The notes under the pieces: generated by a model
Database searches by the model: none
What the model was told of the DNA's origin: nothing
What the model saw: the letters and a program-made list of their open reading frames with translations, nothing else
Shown: positions 26,673 to 35,584 of the stretch, piece after piece
How positions within the stretch are numbered: position 1 is the first letter of the stretch
How the letters are laid out: each line of letters starts with the position of its first letter
Translations under genes and position numbers: made by a program
Origin: a virus
Lineage: Duplodnaviria > Caudoviricetes
Reading direction: 5' to 3' (one strand)
Virus record (IMG/VR): IMGVR_UViG_3300005098_000046
Span: 1-62,898 of that record
DNA length: 62,898 bases

Positions 26673-27974
26673 CTACTCCTTTTCTTTCAAGACCGGCGCG
26701 CGTGGCATAACAACCGCACACGGCACACCATCGCCAGGTTCCATGCCGTATGGCGTGAACACGACCGCAGTCTTTGGCGTGACGACATGTATGGTGACTT
26801 CTTCAGTATCGAACGCAGCGAATAGCCGAAGCGCATCGCGGACAAAGTACGGGTTCAAGCCCACCTTCATATCGTCGCCTTCAACGATGGTGGCCGGCAA
26901 TACATGCACAGCCATGTCTTCTTGTGGCGTCATTGCTTCCATCCGCTGCGTGCGCAGCTGTAGTGTGCCGGCATTGGCTTCAAGCCACATGATGTCATCA
27001 AGAACATCATGTTTCTCGCCCCCGGGGCGCGCCTTCGCTTGCCATGCTGCATCTACTACATGTCGATGTTCCGCAAGCACATCAAGCGCTTGCTCTGTTG
27101 ATATCGTCCAGTGCGCGGTGTGCGTATCTGGCGAAGGCACAACGCGGGGCCACCAATCCGGCAGCTTGTAATCGCCGTGCCGCGCACGCACCCACCAATT
27201 GCCAGCGACGACATCAACGACGTTCTTGCCATGATATAACGTCGCTTCGCGAGCGCCTGTTTTGTATGCGGCTTCCAGCACGCCAAGCGCCTCGCCGACG
27301 ATAAGTATCGGGGCGTCGCCCTTCACTTCAGCAGGGATTGCGGCCAGCCGATACGTGTCGGTGGCAATCGCCGTGCCGTCTCTCATGATGTGCAAGTAGC
27401 GGTACTTCTCATATCCAGTAGCATCGCTTTCGCCGAGAAATGCGCGCAACGCGCCAGCAATCAACAGCAACGCCGAAGCGTCGCGCGGGCCGCCAGGCTT
27501 AGGCATAGCAAGCGGTTTTTCGTCGTTGTCTGTAAGCTCGACTTCGTTGTCGTTGACGGCCAGCACGTTCGCACTTGCGCGGATGATGAGCGATTCGTCC
27601 TTCACAGATGCGCCCTTCAGCAGCGCACGAAGGACTTTGGCAGGCACAGCTATCGTGCCAGTCTCGCATACATCCGCAGCGAATGCAACGCGCGCCTGGA
27701 CAGACTCGCGCGGGCTATCGGCGTGCACAATGAAGCGCGTGGCCGTTGCGGAGAGAAAAACAGTCTTGGGTCTGAGCACCGACAGCAGCTTGCGGATGTA
27801 GAGCAGCGCTCGGCTGCTCGTGGCAATTGATAGAGACTTGCCGCTTGGCAGCTTGTCGCGTGGCGGCCGCGCCACGGCGAGTGCTTGCGGCTTCGGCTTT
27901 GGCCTCGGCCTCAGCTTTTGTAGCGGGGTCGCCGGTTTCGCGCCGATGTTGACACGGAGTCTAAACGGCTTCAT
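26673..27974 (-). CDS. dnaN: DNA polymerase III beta sliding-clamp homolog (divergent)
   Basis: GTIAVPAKVL, AIATDTYRLA, GDYKLPDW, VGLNPYFVRDAL, AVVMPR match beta-clamp motifs; ~50 aa basic Pro-rich N-extension. Confidence 0.8.
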   Translation of the reverse strand: MKPFRLRVNIGAKPATPLQKLRPRPKPKPQALAVARPPRDKLPSGKSLSIATSSRALLYIRKLLSVLRPKTVFLSATATRFIVHADSPRESVQARVAFAADVCETGTIAVPAKVLRALLKGASVKDESLIIRASANVLAVNDNEVELTDNDEKPLAMPKPGGPRDASALLLIAGALRAFLGESDATGYEKYRYLHIMRDGTAIATDTYRLAAIPAEVKGDAPILIVGEALGVLEAAYKTGAREATLYHGKNVVDVVAGNWWVRARHGDYKLPDWWPRVVPSPDTHTAHWTISTEQALDVLAEHRHVVDAAWQAKARPGGEKHDVLDDIMWLEANAGTLQLRTQRMEAMTPQEDMAVHVLPATIVEGDDMKVGLNPYFVRDALRLFAAFDTEEVTIHVVTPKTAVVFTPYGMEPGDGVPCAVVMPRAPVLKEKE

Positions 27975-28081
27975 AGCGAAACCCTCCTCATCGTGATTTC
28001 TGGGGACTATGCCCCAGCCAGGATGTTAACGGCAGTGTTAACGCCCTGGCCGGGGCACCAGCCCCGGCGGCCCGTCGCTTA

Positions 28082-28282
28082 TCACTGCGCACGTGGAAAT
28101 GCATAGAAGTACACGGGCTTGACGCCATGTGGCGTCTGCAGTGCGCGCACTTCCAGCAGCACGCCACGTGCTTGTTCGCGTGGCGAAGCGACGACAATCC
28201 ATGCTGTATTCGGTTTTGCGCGGCGCACTTTGTCTTCCAGCTGGCGCCGTCGCGTATCCACATCGGTATCCAGCATATCCAT
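28082..28282 (-). CDS. Hypothetical protein
   Basis: 66 aa, GAGGAG RBS at 28293-28298. Confidence 0.6.
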   Translation of the reverse strand: MDMLDTDVDTRRRQLEDKVRRAKPNTAWIVVASPREQARGVLLEVRALQTPHGVKPVYFYAFPRAQ

Positions 28283-28289
28283 GCTCGGC

Positions 28290-28523
28290 TCACTCCTCTG
28301 CGGCCGGCACCGCAGCGTGCAGGTCACGCCAGTCACATGCGCCGCACTGCGGGCATGGCTCCGGCTTGCCGTCCGGCTGGGCACTCGGCGCATCTTCATA
28401 GCCGCACTGATTACACCGGCACCAGTAAATGCCTCCAAGCACACCGTTCTTCTTGAAGTGCCGCCAACCGCGCGAAAAGCTGATGGGGCGGCCGCACCAA
28501 ACACATGTTCTAATCGCTGGCAT
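28290..28523 (-). CDS. Cys-rich Zn-ribbon protein
   Basis: CVWCG, CRCNQCG, CPQCG. Confidence 0.7.
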   Translation of the reverse strand: MPAIRTCVWCGRPISFSRGWRHFKKNGVLGGIYWCRCNQCGYEDAPSAQPDGKPEPCPQCGACDWRDLHAAVPAAEE

Positions 28524-28782
28524 TCTGCTCACGCCCCTCAATGCGCGTCAGGCATTCTTGGCAGACAGTCCAGCCAGGCTGGGCGGGGTCGCCGGGGTCG
28601 TGCGGAACCCAGCGGCCACAGATGCCGCAATGACTGCCGTGATATTTAGTGGCATACACAGCAGCGGCGTTCCAGCCTGCATAATAACCGGAGCGCCAGA
28701 TGTGCTTGTGTGCCACAGCCACAGCGATAGCAGCGCCAACGAACCCGGAGAAGATACCACCAAGCCACGGAATCGTATCCAT
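28510..28782 (-). CDS. Membrane-anchored protein with CxxC pairs
   Basis: N-terminal hydrophobic helix, CGICG, CQEC; barcode RBS. Confidence 0.75.
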   Translation of the reverse strand: MDTIPWLGGIFSGFVGAAIAVAVAHKHIWRSGYYAGWNAAAVYATKYHGSHCGICGRWVPHDPGDPAQPGWTVCQECLTRIEGREQNASD

Positions 28783-28919
28783 GCTGAACCCTCCTCATCG
28801 TTTTGTCGCCGAGCGCATCGCTCGGCCAGAAGGTCGCTGTGCATTGACGGCCTTCTGGCCGAGCGGCCGCCCGAAGGCGGCCACTCGGTTGCAGCATAGG
28901 ACCAGGGAGGCAAGGCAAA

Positions 28920-29342
28920 CTACTTGGCCTTCTTCTGCTTGGCCTTCTCCGCGCCGTCGCCGTCGGCCTTCTTCGACTTAGCCTTCTTCGATTCGGCCTT
29001 CTTCTGCTTGGCCTTCGGCTCAGCCTTCTTGCCGTCATCAGTCTTCTTGGGCTTGGCTTCGGCTTCGGCCTTGGACTCATCCGGCGTTGCGGCAGCTTCT
29101 GGCTCCACGCCGATAATGCGCATAGCCTCTTCGGCGACAGCCGCGACAGCCGCTTGCACGTTCTTCTTCGGCAACTTGGGCGCCTTCTTCTTGCCAGCGG
29201 CCGCAGCGTACAGAAACACCAACAGGTCGAGCGCGGCTTCCACCAAGCCGGCTGCTATCGCAGCTTGATGGTCGGCCATCCCTTGGGCGAGCGCTTCCAA
29301 GTCTGCCAAGCGTTTCTCTTGCTCTTTCTCGGAGGCCATCAT
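28920..29342 (-). CDS. Protein with Lys/Ala-rich histone-H1-like tail
   Basis: C-term KKAEPKAKQKKAESKKAKSKKAD...KAKQKKAK; barcode RBS. Confidence 0.8.
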   Translation of the reverse strand: MMASEKEQEKRLADLEALAQGMADHQAAIAAGLVEAALDLLVFLYAAAAGKKKAPKLPKKNVQAAVAAVAEEAMRIIGVEPEAAATPDESKAEAEAKPKKTDDGKKAEPKAKQKKAESKKAKSKKADGDGAEKAKQKKAK

Positions 29343-29455
29343 GGACCCTCCTCATCTAAAGTAGTGACGCTATCGCGTCGGGACGTTGTAGCGTCCCCAG
29401 AAGGGCAACAGAGCGCAACCGCTGCCCTTCTGGGGGCGCACAGGCCCCCACGGTT

Positions 29456-29629
29456 TTACTCTTCGGCGCTGGCTTCGGCATCATCGTCGCCGATTTCTTC
29501 GCCAAGCGCTTCAGCCAGCTCTTCTGGCGTTTCAATATAGAAGAACGCCATGTCTTGCCAGTACTCGTCTGGGCACCGGTAATCCGGCGGGTCGGGCGGG
29601 ATAATCCATTCTTCGCCGACCATAGCCAT
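29456..29629 (-). CDS. 57-aa very acidic protein (not in the ORF track)
   Basis: MAMVGEEWIIPPDPPDYRCPDEYWQDMAFFYIETPEELAEALGEEIGDDDAEASAEE; TGATG-coupled to the upstream gene and fills the cassette exactly. Confidence 0.75.
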   Translation of the reverse strand: MAMVGEEWIIPPDPPDYRCPDEYWQDMAFFYIETPEELAEALGEEIGDDDAEASAEE

Positions 29630-30027
29630 CACTTCTTCCGCAAGCCGACGGTTATCTGCTCGCCGGGGTCAAGCGCCGCCGGCAGCCGCTTGCCAGCTTC
29701 AACAAGCTCGCGCACAAACGTGCGCAAACGCTGCCAGCTTGGCTTCGTTTCGATAAGGTCCAGCCGGCCGCGCTTTCGCAGCCACTTGACCACTTCGTCG
29801 GTCGTGTGGCCCTCAGCCAAGCGCGGATAGTACACCCGACTGATGTACACCGTGCCGACGCTTGTCTTGGCGCTCGTCAGCCCCTGCGCTTCAAGCGCTT
29901 CGCGGATTGCGGCAGCGACTTGCTCTTCTTCGGCAGCGACTGCAGACATTTGCGCCTTCAATTCGGCGCGCTGCTGCCGAAGTTCGGCGAGACGCTGTGC
30001 CAGTTCGTCAATCGTGGCTTCTGCCAT
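29629..30027 (-). CDS. Coiled-coil phage protein (Gp157/Gam-like architecture)
   Basis: N-terminal coiled coil then GLTSAKTSVGTVYI, KWLRKRG, GKRLP; barcode RBS; family call tentative. Confidence 0.6.
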   Translation of the reverse strand: MAEATIDELAQRLAELRQQRAELKAQMSAVAAEEEQVAAAIREALEAQGLTSAKTSVGTVYISRVYYPRLAEGHTTDEVVKWLRKRGRLDLIETKPSWQRLRTFVRELVEAGKRLPAALDPGEQITVGLRKK

Positions 30028-30145
30028 TGTCAGACCCTCCTCATCGTGATTTTAGAGCGCATCCGCGCTCCCCAGAAGGCATCAGCGGCAGAAGGCCAAT
30101 GCCCTCTGGGGAACGCGGCCAGGGCCGCATTCCCAGAAGCGCGTG

Positions 30146-30442
30146 CTACTGTTCTTGCTCTTCGCATTCAGCAACGCCGGTGGCGTACCCGTAGACGAAC
30201 GACAGAGCTTCTTCGACGCTGCCCCACACGCGGTGAAACGGCTTGCCGTCTTTGACCAACCAGACGCGCTTGATGCCGACTTCGCGGTAATCCCAATTTA
30301 CCCAAAACTCCAAGCCCAGCCGCGCAGCATAGAACGCTTCGTCGGCGGTCACAAGCAGAAACGCCTTGCCACTATCGGGCAACCGCCGTTCAAACACGAA
30401 GGGTACAAACTGCGCATCGAGCACATCCTTGTCGGTAATCAT
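30146..30442 (-). CDS. Early-array hypothetical protein
   Basis: 98 aa, barcode RBS. Confidence 0.75.
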   Translation of the reverse strand: MITDKDVLDAQFVPFVFERRLPDSGKAFLLVTADEAFYAARLGLEFWVNWDYREVGIKRVWLVKDGKPFHRVWGSVEEALSFVYGYATGVAECEEQEQ

Positions 30443-30579
30443 GCCGAACCCTCCTCATCGTTAGGCTCGGAGCGCATCCGCGCTCCCCAGAAGGCACTCG
30501 TGGATGAATGCCCTCTGGGGAGCACGGCGGAGTCGGGGCCAGCTCCGCCGCGCTCCTTTGAGCCGGGTGACACAGGCTG

Positions 30580-30810
30580 CTACCACTCTTTGCTGCCGAT
30601 TACGGTAGCTATCACGTTGATGATAACACGCTCGCCGTTCGGCAACTCAGCGCGCGTTTGCGCTTGCCAACCGACGCTACCGGTCTTGAACTCGCGCGCC
30701 TTGCCAAGCGGCACGGTGACGCGCGTCTCGCCGATGCTTACGTCAGCGTGGCCGATAGCATCAAGCTCGGCAATTCGCTCTTCGCGTGTCTTTTCCTTCT
30801 TGCCAGCCAT
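30580..30810 (-). CDS. Small beta-rich hypothetical protein
   Basis: 76 aa, REFKTGSVGW...TVIGSKEW; barcode RBS. Confidence 0.75.
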   Translation of the reverse strand: MAGKKEKTREERIAELDAIGHADVSIGETRVTVPLGKAREFKTGSVGWQAQTRAELPNGERVIINVIATVIGSKEW

Positions 30811-30895
30811 TTCGGACCCTCCTCTACGGAGATTTGCGAGTCATAGCGACCCCCACTGGGTACCCGGCCTTTCGCCAGATACCCAGGTGGGGTAG

Positions 30896-31207
30896 CTATG
30901 CAATCGCCGCCTTCGCGGCTTGCTCGGCACGCTTCTTCTCCAAGCATTCCTTGCAAATCTGCCCGACGCGCGGCCAGTCGCGCACTGCAGGATTGTTGCA
31001 GTGCTTGTAGCCGCAAATGCGGCGATGCTCGCCACGGTAATATCCAGCCAGCCAACCGCCGCACGCTCTGCAGCGCCCGGACATGTTGGCGCACTGCTCA
31101 AGCCCACAGTCCAGGCACCGCGCGCGTTCGTGGCACCGTTCTCCAGTGCCGTTGACGCGGCCGCACTCAGGGCAACAATTCTTGCGATACCACTCTTCGC
31201 GTGTCAT
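30896..31207 (-). CDS. Multi-Zn-finger Cys-rich protein
   Basis: CPECG, CLDCG, CRACG, CGYKHC, CKEC; barcode RBS. Confidence 0.8.
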   Translation of the reverse strand: MTREEWYRKNCCPECGRVNGTGERCHERARCLDCGLEQCANMSGRCRACGGWLAGYYRGEHRRICGYKHCNNPAVRDWPRVGQICKECLEKKRAEQAAKAAIA

Positions 31208-31342
31208 CGTGGACCCTCCTCATCGTGATTTCTGGGGCACAGCCCCAGCCAGAACCTTGCAACGGTGCAGGGTTCTGGCCGGGGCGCCGGCGGCGGGGGG
31301 GCAACCGCCGACACCCCAGCTGGGAGGAGGGTAGGCAGTAAG

Positions 31343-31663
31343 CTACTTCAGCGCTTCGCGGAAGGCACTCGGCCCACGCGCAAGCGTGCCGTCCGGCTCG
31401 ATGCGGAACGTCGCCACGCGGCGGCACGCGCCGCCCATCTTATCTGGCGTGCGCTCAACAAAGACGAAAACGCTGCCGGTCACGGCGCCATCGGGCTGCT
31501 GATGACCAATCTCGGCGAAGTAAGCCTCGCCGTCTGGCGCTATCCAGCTATCAGCAACCGGCTTGCCGTCAAGCAAGTCTGGCTGATAGCCAGGCAGCTT
31601 GGGGATGCGCGCCATGATTTTAGTGAACGTGTCAAGCGCCGCCTTCGTTGCGGAGTATCCCAT
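31343..31663 (-). CDS. Early-array hypothetical protein
   Basis: Start moved to ATG 31663 behind barcode; 106 aa. Confidence 0.75.
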   Translation of the reverse strand: MGYSATKAALDTFTKIMARIPKLPGYQPDLLDGKPVADSWIAPDGEAYFAEIGHQQPDGAVTGSVFVFVERTPDKMGGACRRVATFRIEPDGTLARGPSAFREALK

Positions 31664-31781
31664 TTGTTTCGCCCTCCTCATCGGTGAATGCCAAGGCACA
31701 AGCCTTGGCCGGAGCCTCGCCGCTTGACGAAGCTCCGGCCAGGGCGCCGGCTGTGCGCCAGCACCTTGGCGTTCGCGTGGC

Positions 31782-32225
31782 TTACATACCGAGATGCTTG
31801 CGATAGATAGCCACCAGGTCCACTTCGGACCATTCGTATTCTTCGGCAGCATCGCGCAATTCCTTCAGCGCTTCTTCTTTGCTGTCGTAGATGGCCTCTT
31901 CGTCCATGATTTTCGGGTCAAAACGCAGCAAGCTGCCAGGCCACTCCACGATGGACCATACGCCGCCGCCCATGTCGTACAAGAAAGCATAGCCATAGTG
32001 CGAATAGAACACGGGGCCAGCGGCCGCGCATTCCACCAGCATCGTCCAGTCGAAAAGCTCATAGTCTTCGACCAGCTCTGCGGGCAGCGGCGCACTGGCC
32101 TTCAGCACGTTGCCACGCATCCGCTCTGAGTCGGCGACTTCAGCATCAATGCCGTGCTTGCGGCACGCATGAAGCAAGCCGCTAGGAATCGGCCGTGCTG
32201 CACTTACGTAAATGCGCTTCTCCAT
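31782..32225 (-). CDS. Early-array hypothetical protein
   Basis: Start moved to ATG 32225 behind barcode; 147 aa. Confidence 0.75.
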   Translation of the reverse strand: MEKRIYVSAARPIPSGLLHACRKHGIDAEVADSERMRGNVLKASAPLPAELVEDYELFDWTMLVECAAAGPVFYSHYGYAFLYDMGGGVWSIVEWPGSLLRFDPKIMDEEAIYDSKEEALKELRDAAEEYEWSEVDLVAIYRKHLGM

Positions 32226-32330
32226 CTTGGGACCCTCCTCGCTTCGGTTTGGAGCGTATTGCACGCCCAGCTTGCCTGCCGCACATCACGACAAGCAAGC
32301 TGGGGGCGCAAGCGCCCCCAGGGGCCTCTG

Positions 32331-32573
32331 CTACATCCGGCGAAGATAGAACATCAGCAGCTGGCTTGCGGCCGCCTTGGCGACTTGCTCGCTCTTATCG
32401 CCGGGCCGCCCGCGCACAACGATGCGATACGTGGGGAAGAACCAGCCCAAGTCCAGCTTCTGCACCCAGATGCCGCCAAAGAAAAGCTCATCGCCGGTGT
32501 GCATGGCCCGCAGGCACTTGGCCAACGCATCCACGTCCACAAAGTCTTTGACCTTCGGCTTGAATGTCTGCAT
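32331..32573 (-). CDS. Early-array hypothetical protein
   Basis: ATG 32573 behind barcode; 80 aa. Confidence 0.75.
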   Translation of the reverse strand: MQTFKPKVKDFVDVDALAKCLRAMHTGDELFFGGIWVQKLDLGWFFPTYRIVVRGRPGDKSEQVAKAAASQLLMFYLRRM

Positions 32574-32673
32574 CGCTTGACCCTCCTCACCGGTTTTGGG
32601 GTTCATAAGAACCCCACCAAGCCACAGGTATCCGCCCATGCCTTGGTGGGGGCCTTATGGCCCCCTCGCTTCA

Positions 32674-33219
32674 CTACGTGCGGTCTGCCAGGCCGAACGC
32701 AGCCTTGACAAAGCCTTCGTAGTCGCCGCGCTTCAACGCTTCGCGCGCACGTGCGCGCTCTTGCTCAATCTCGCGGCGCGCTTGCTCGTGTTCTTCCAGC
32801 GCTTCCTTGCACATCGCCAGAAAGCGCTCTGTGGCCGCCTTGCGCGAAGCATACAGCCGAACCCACATCTTGCTGCGGCCGCGCACGTGAAACACGCGGC
32901 CAGGCTTGGCATTCTTCGCTGTGGGTGTAGGTTCATACTCCAGCGCATACGGGTCACGCTCGCGCTCACCAAACTCCATCACAGCAAGCTGGTGGCCGAC
33001 CAGATACAGCACGCGGCCAGCGACTCTCATGCAGAGAATCGCCGGCGCATGGCCGGTATTGACACAGCCGGGCGCAGGCTCCGGCCCAGCCAGGCCGGTG
33101 CCAGGCTCAAGGCTGGCCGCTTCTACTTGCTGCCGGTACTTGGCAAGCTGCTCTTCCACGCTGAGCGGCACACGCGCGCGATATTCGCGGCGGCGCTTGC
33201 GGCGCTTTTGCCGTTTCAT
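32674..33219 (-). CDS. Early-array hypothetical protein, very basic N-terminus
   Basis: MKRQKRRKRRRE; 181 aa; barcode RBS. Confidence 0.75.
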   Translation of the reverse strand: MKRQKRRKRRREYRARVPLSVEEQLAKYRQQVEAASLEPGTGLAGPEPAPGCVNTGHAPAILCMRVAGRVLYLVGHQLAVMEFGERERDPYALEYEPTPTAKNAKPGRVFHVRGRSKMWVRLYASRKAATERFLAMCKEALEEHEQARREIEQERARAREALKRGDYEGFVKAAFGLADRT

Positions 33220-33324
33220 CGCTTGACCCTCCTCATCGTTTTTGGCGCACCAAGTGCGCCCAGTCTACGCAGACACAGAACGCATCTGCGTAGACTGGGA
33301 GCACACAGCGCTCCCAGAACGCGC

Positions 33325-33756
33325 CTAATCACGGGGCCACGGCTCATCCATCCACGCAAGCTCCACAGCCTTGACCAGCTTGCGCCGGCACACCCACTTC
33401 TTGTAGTCGGCAGGTCTGCGCATCACAGTCAGCAAGTACTTCAAGCGCGAGTCACGCGAGCGGCGCGGCGGCTTGACCACAAACAGCACCAACATACCGC
33501 GCAACGGCGCCAGGTAGTAGCCTTCGGTGGTGCCAGTGTGCCAATTGAACAATTCGGCAGCCGCATCAGCAATCGTGTGATGCAATTGCATGGGGCCTTT
33601 GCTGTACCCACATTTGGCACAAGCGCCAGCGCCTTCTTCATCAGCCAAGTACTGCGCGCCGGTATCCGGCTCGCATACCCAGTGCGTGGACCATGTATGG
33701 CCACACCGTGGGCATAGGAACTCAACCTTCTCGCCTTGGACATGCCAAGATAGCAT
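33325..33756 (-). CDS. Zn-ribbon protein
   Basis: FLCPRCGHTWS...CAKCG; ATG 33756 behind barcode. Confidence 0.75.
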   Translation of the reverse strand: MLSWHVQGEKVEFLCPRCGHTWSTHWVCEPDTGAQYLADEEGAGACAKCGYSKGPMQLHHTIADAAAELFNWHTGTTEGYYLAPLRGMLVLFVVKPPRRSRDSRLKYLLTVMRRPADYKKWVCRRKLVKAVELAWMDEPWPRD

Positions 33757-33857
33757 TGTTGGACCCTCCTCACCGGACATTTGGGCTCCCAAGAACCCCA
33801 TCAGCCTGCCAGTGAAAACCGACAAGCTGATGGGGGCCTTGCGGCCCCTTCCGCCAG

Positions 33858-34268
33858 CTACACAATCGCATTCGGCAATATCTCGCGCTTCAGCGCTTCA
33901 ATCGCCATCTCCTTGTTGGTGTAACCGCCCCATTCAATGCCACGGCCAGCGACGCTGGCGAAGCGCTCAATCTCTTCCTTGTCCATCACGTAGAACGTCC
34001 ACAGCCACGTGCCATCGACATGCACGTTCACAATCACATAGAACGAGCTGCGGGGACGCACCGCACGCTGTACTTCGCGCATCACTTCGCCGCGCGTCGT
34101 CAGCACTGGTGGCGCGTCGTGCATGTGGAGACAGCATGGGCATCGCAAAACATCGTCGGGGCTATTATCGCCGACTTCGAGAATGTACTTGTCATCCTCG
34201 AAGTACAGCCCCACCGACCAAGGGCGCCCACACGCCTTGCATAAAAATACAATCCGTGCAACCTTCAT
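33858..34268 (-). CDS. Zn-ribbon protein (probable paralog of neighbour)
   Basis: FLCKACGRPWS...CPCC; barcode RBS. Confidence 0.75.
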   Translation of the reverse strand: MKVARIVFLCKACGRPWSVGLYFEDDKYILEVGDNSPDDVLRCPCCLHMHDAPPVLTTRGEVMREVQRAVRPRSSFYVIVNVHVDGTWLWTFYVMDKEEIERFASVAGRGIEWGGYTNKEMAIEALKREILPNAIV

Positions 34269-34354
34269 GTCAGACCCTCCTCACCGGATATTTGGGCCAT
34301 AGCGGCCCCCGCTGGGCGCTCAGGGCATCAGCCCCAAACGCCCAGATGGGGCGG

Positions 34355-34669
34355 CTATACCACCATGTCGCTCAGCAACGCACGAGCGATGATAACAGCA
34401 GCCTTCAGCGACGCCTCGGCGCGCTTGCGCGGGTCATCACCCTTGCGGATGATGAAGCGCTCCGTAGTGTTGCAACCGCTCTCGCACTCCACCACATAGC
34501 AGTCGGGCTGCTGCTCGACAACGATGTCGCTGCTTCGCGTGCGCGCGAAGCAGCGCTCGCCGTCAATCGTGGTAACCAACGCCGCCAGCCGGCCGATAGC
34601 TTTCTCCAGCTCGCGGGTCGCCGCTTCAAAAAGCTCGTCGTGCTCGCCATCTTTCCACACGGCACTCAT
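34355..34669 (-). CDS. Early-array hypothetical protein
   Basis: ATG 34669 behind barcode; 104 aa. Confidence 0.75.
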   Translation of the reverse strand: MSAVWKDGEHDELFEAATRELEKAIGRLAALVTTIDGERCFARTRSSDIVVEQQPDCYVVECESGCNTTERFIIRKGDDPRKRAEASLKAAVIIARALLSDMVV

Positions 34670-34772
34670 TTTGTTGACCCTCCTCACCGGATGTTTGAGT
34701 TCACAAGAACCCCACCAAGGCGCATCGCTCGTCTACGCCTTGGTGGGGGCCTTGCGGCCCCCCATTAAGAAC

Positions 34773-35165
34773 CTACAGGAGAGCGGCGTGCGCCATAGCT
34801 TCGCGCACTATGTTCTCGACCTTGCTGCGCAGCACGATGCGGCGCTTCCGCTCGCCGGGCGTCACGGTGCTCGGCGCCGGCCGGCCGCCGACGCCGCCGC
34901 GGTCAACGCGCAGGTCTGCGCACTGCTTGACCAGCAACACCGCCGCTTGCCATGCAGCCCACATCGCATCGCCATCGCCATTGAAGCGCGTCAATTCATC
35001 GGCATCTTCAACCACGAAAATGCTTTCATCTTCGCGCTTCACAATGAACGGGCCGACCTTGGCATACGTGCCAACCGGCATGGCAAGCAACCGTTGCTCC
35101 GTGCAAGCAATCGCAGCATCGATGACCGCCCACAGGTTCTCGATGCCAACAGCAGCATACTTCAT
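34773..35165 (-). CDS. Early-array hypothetical protein
   Basis: 130 aa, barcode RBS. Confidence 0.75.
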   Translation of the reverse strand: MKYAAVGIENLWAVIDAAIACTEQRLLAMPVGTYAKVGPFIVKREDESIFVVEDADELTRFNGDGDAMWAAWQAAVLLVKQCADLRVDRGGVGGRPAPSTVTPGERKRRIVLRSKVENIVREAMAHAALL

Positions 35166-35275
35166 CGTGGACCCTCCTCGCAGGAATTAGGCAGGTTATC
35201 CTGCCCCACCATGCAACCCGTCACAGGCTGCATGGTGGGGCAGGGCAGCATTCGCTGCCCTTGCCCATCGCCGCA

Positions 35276-35584
35276 CTACGACGCACGCTCGAACCATTCA
35301 ATGCGCATCTTGCCAGGCAAGCTATCCACTTCGCCGGCCAAGAACGCGCAGCCATAAGCGCCAGCCGCCTTCACCGCAGCGTCAAGCGCGGCCAATTCTT
35401 CGCCGCTGGGCTTGACAGCCGCAATGTAATCGTGAATGGCCTCGTCATAGGGGCGCTGGTCTGGCTCAATCACAAAGTCGAATCCCCCGCTGATGGGATT
35501 CCATTCCCACCAGCCTTCCAGCACAGCAGCCTTCAGGACGAAACCCTTCGGCGGCCGCTTGCTATGCTTAAGCAATGTAGTCAT
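35276..35584 (-). CDS. First gene of the leftward array, hypothetical
   Basis: ATG 35584 behind variant barcode CCGATGAGGAGTG; 102 aa. Confidence 0.75.
   Translation of the reverse strand: MTTLLKHSKRPPKGFVLKAAVLEGWWEWNPISGGFDFVIEPDQRPYDEAIHDYIAAVKPSGEELAALDAAVKAAGAYGCAFLAGEVDSLPGKMRIEWFERAS

Noticed and set aside
32596-35357. Long + strand ORFs (373, 392, 277 aa) over the array
   Set aside because: GC-rich antisense shadows of barcode-led minus-strand genes; no RBS or motifs
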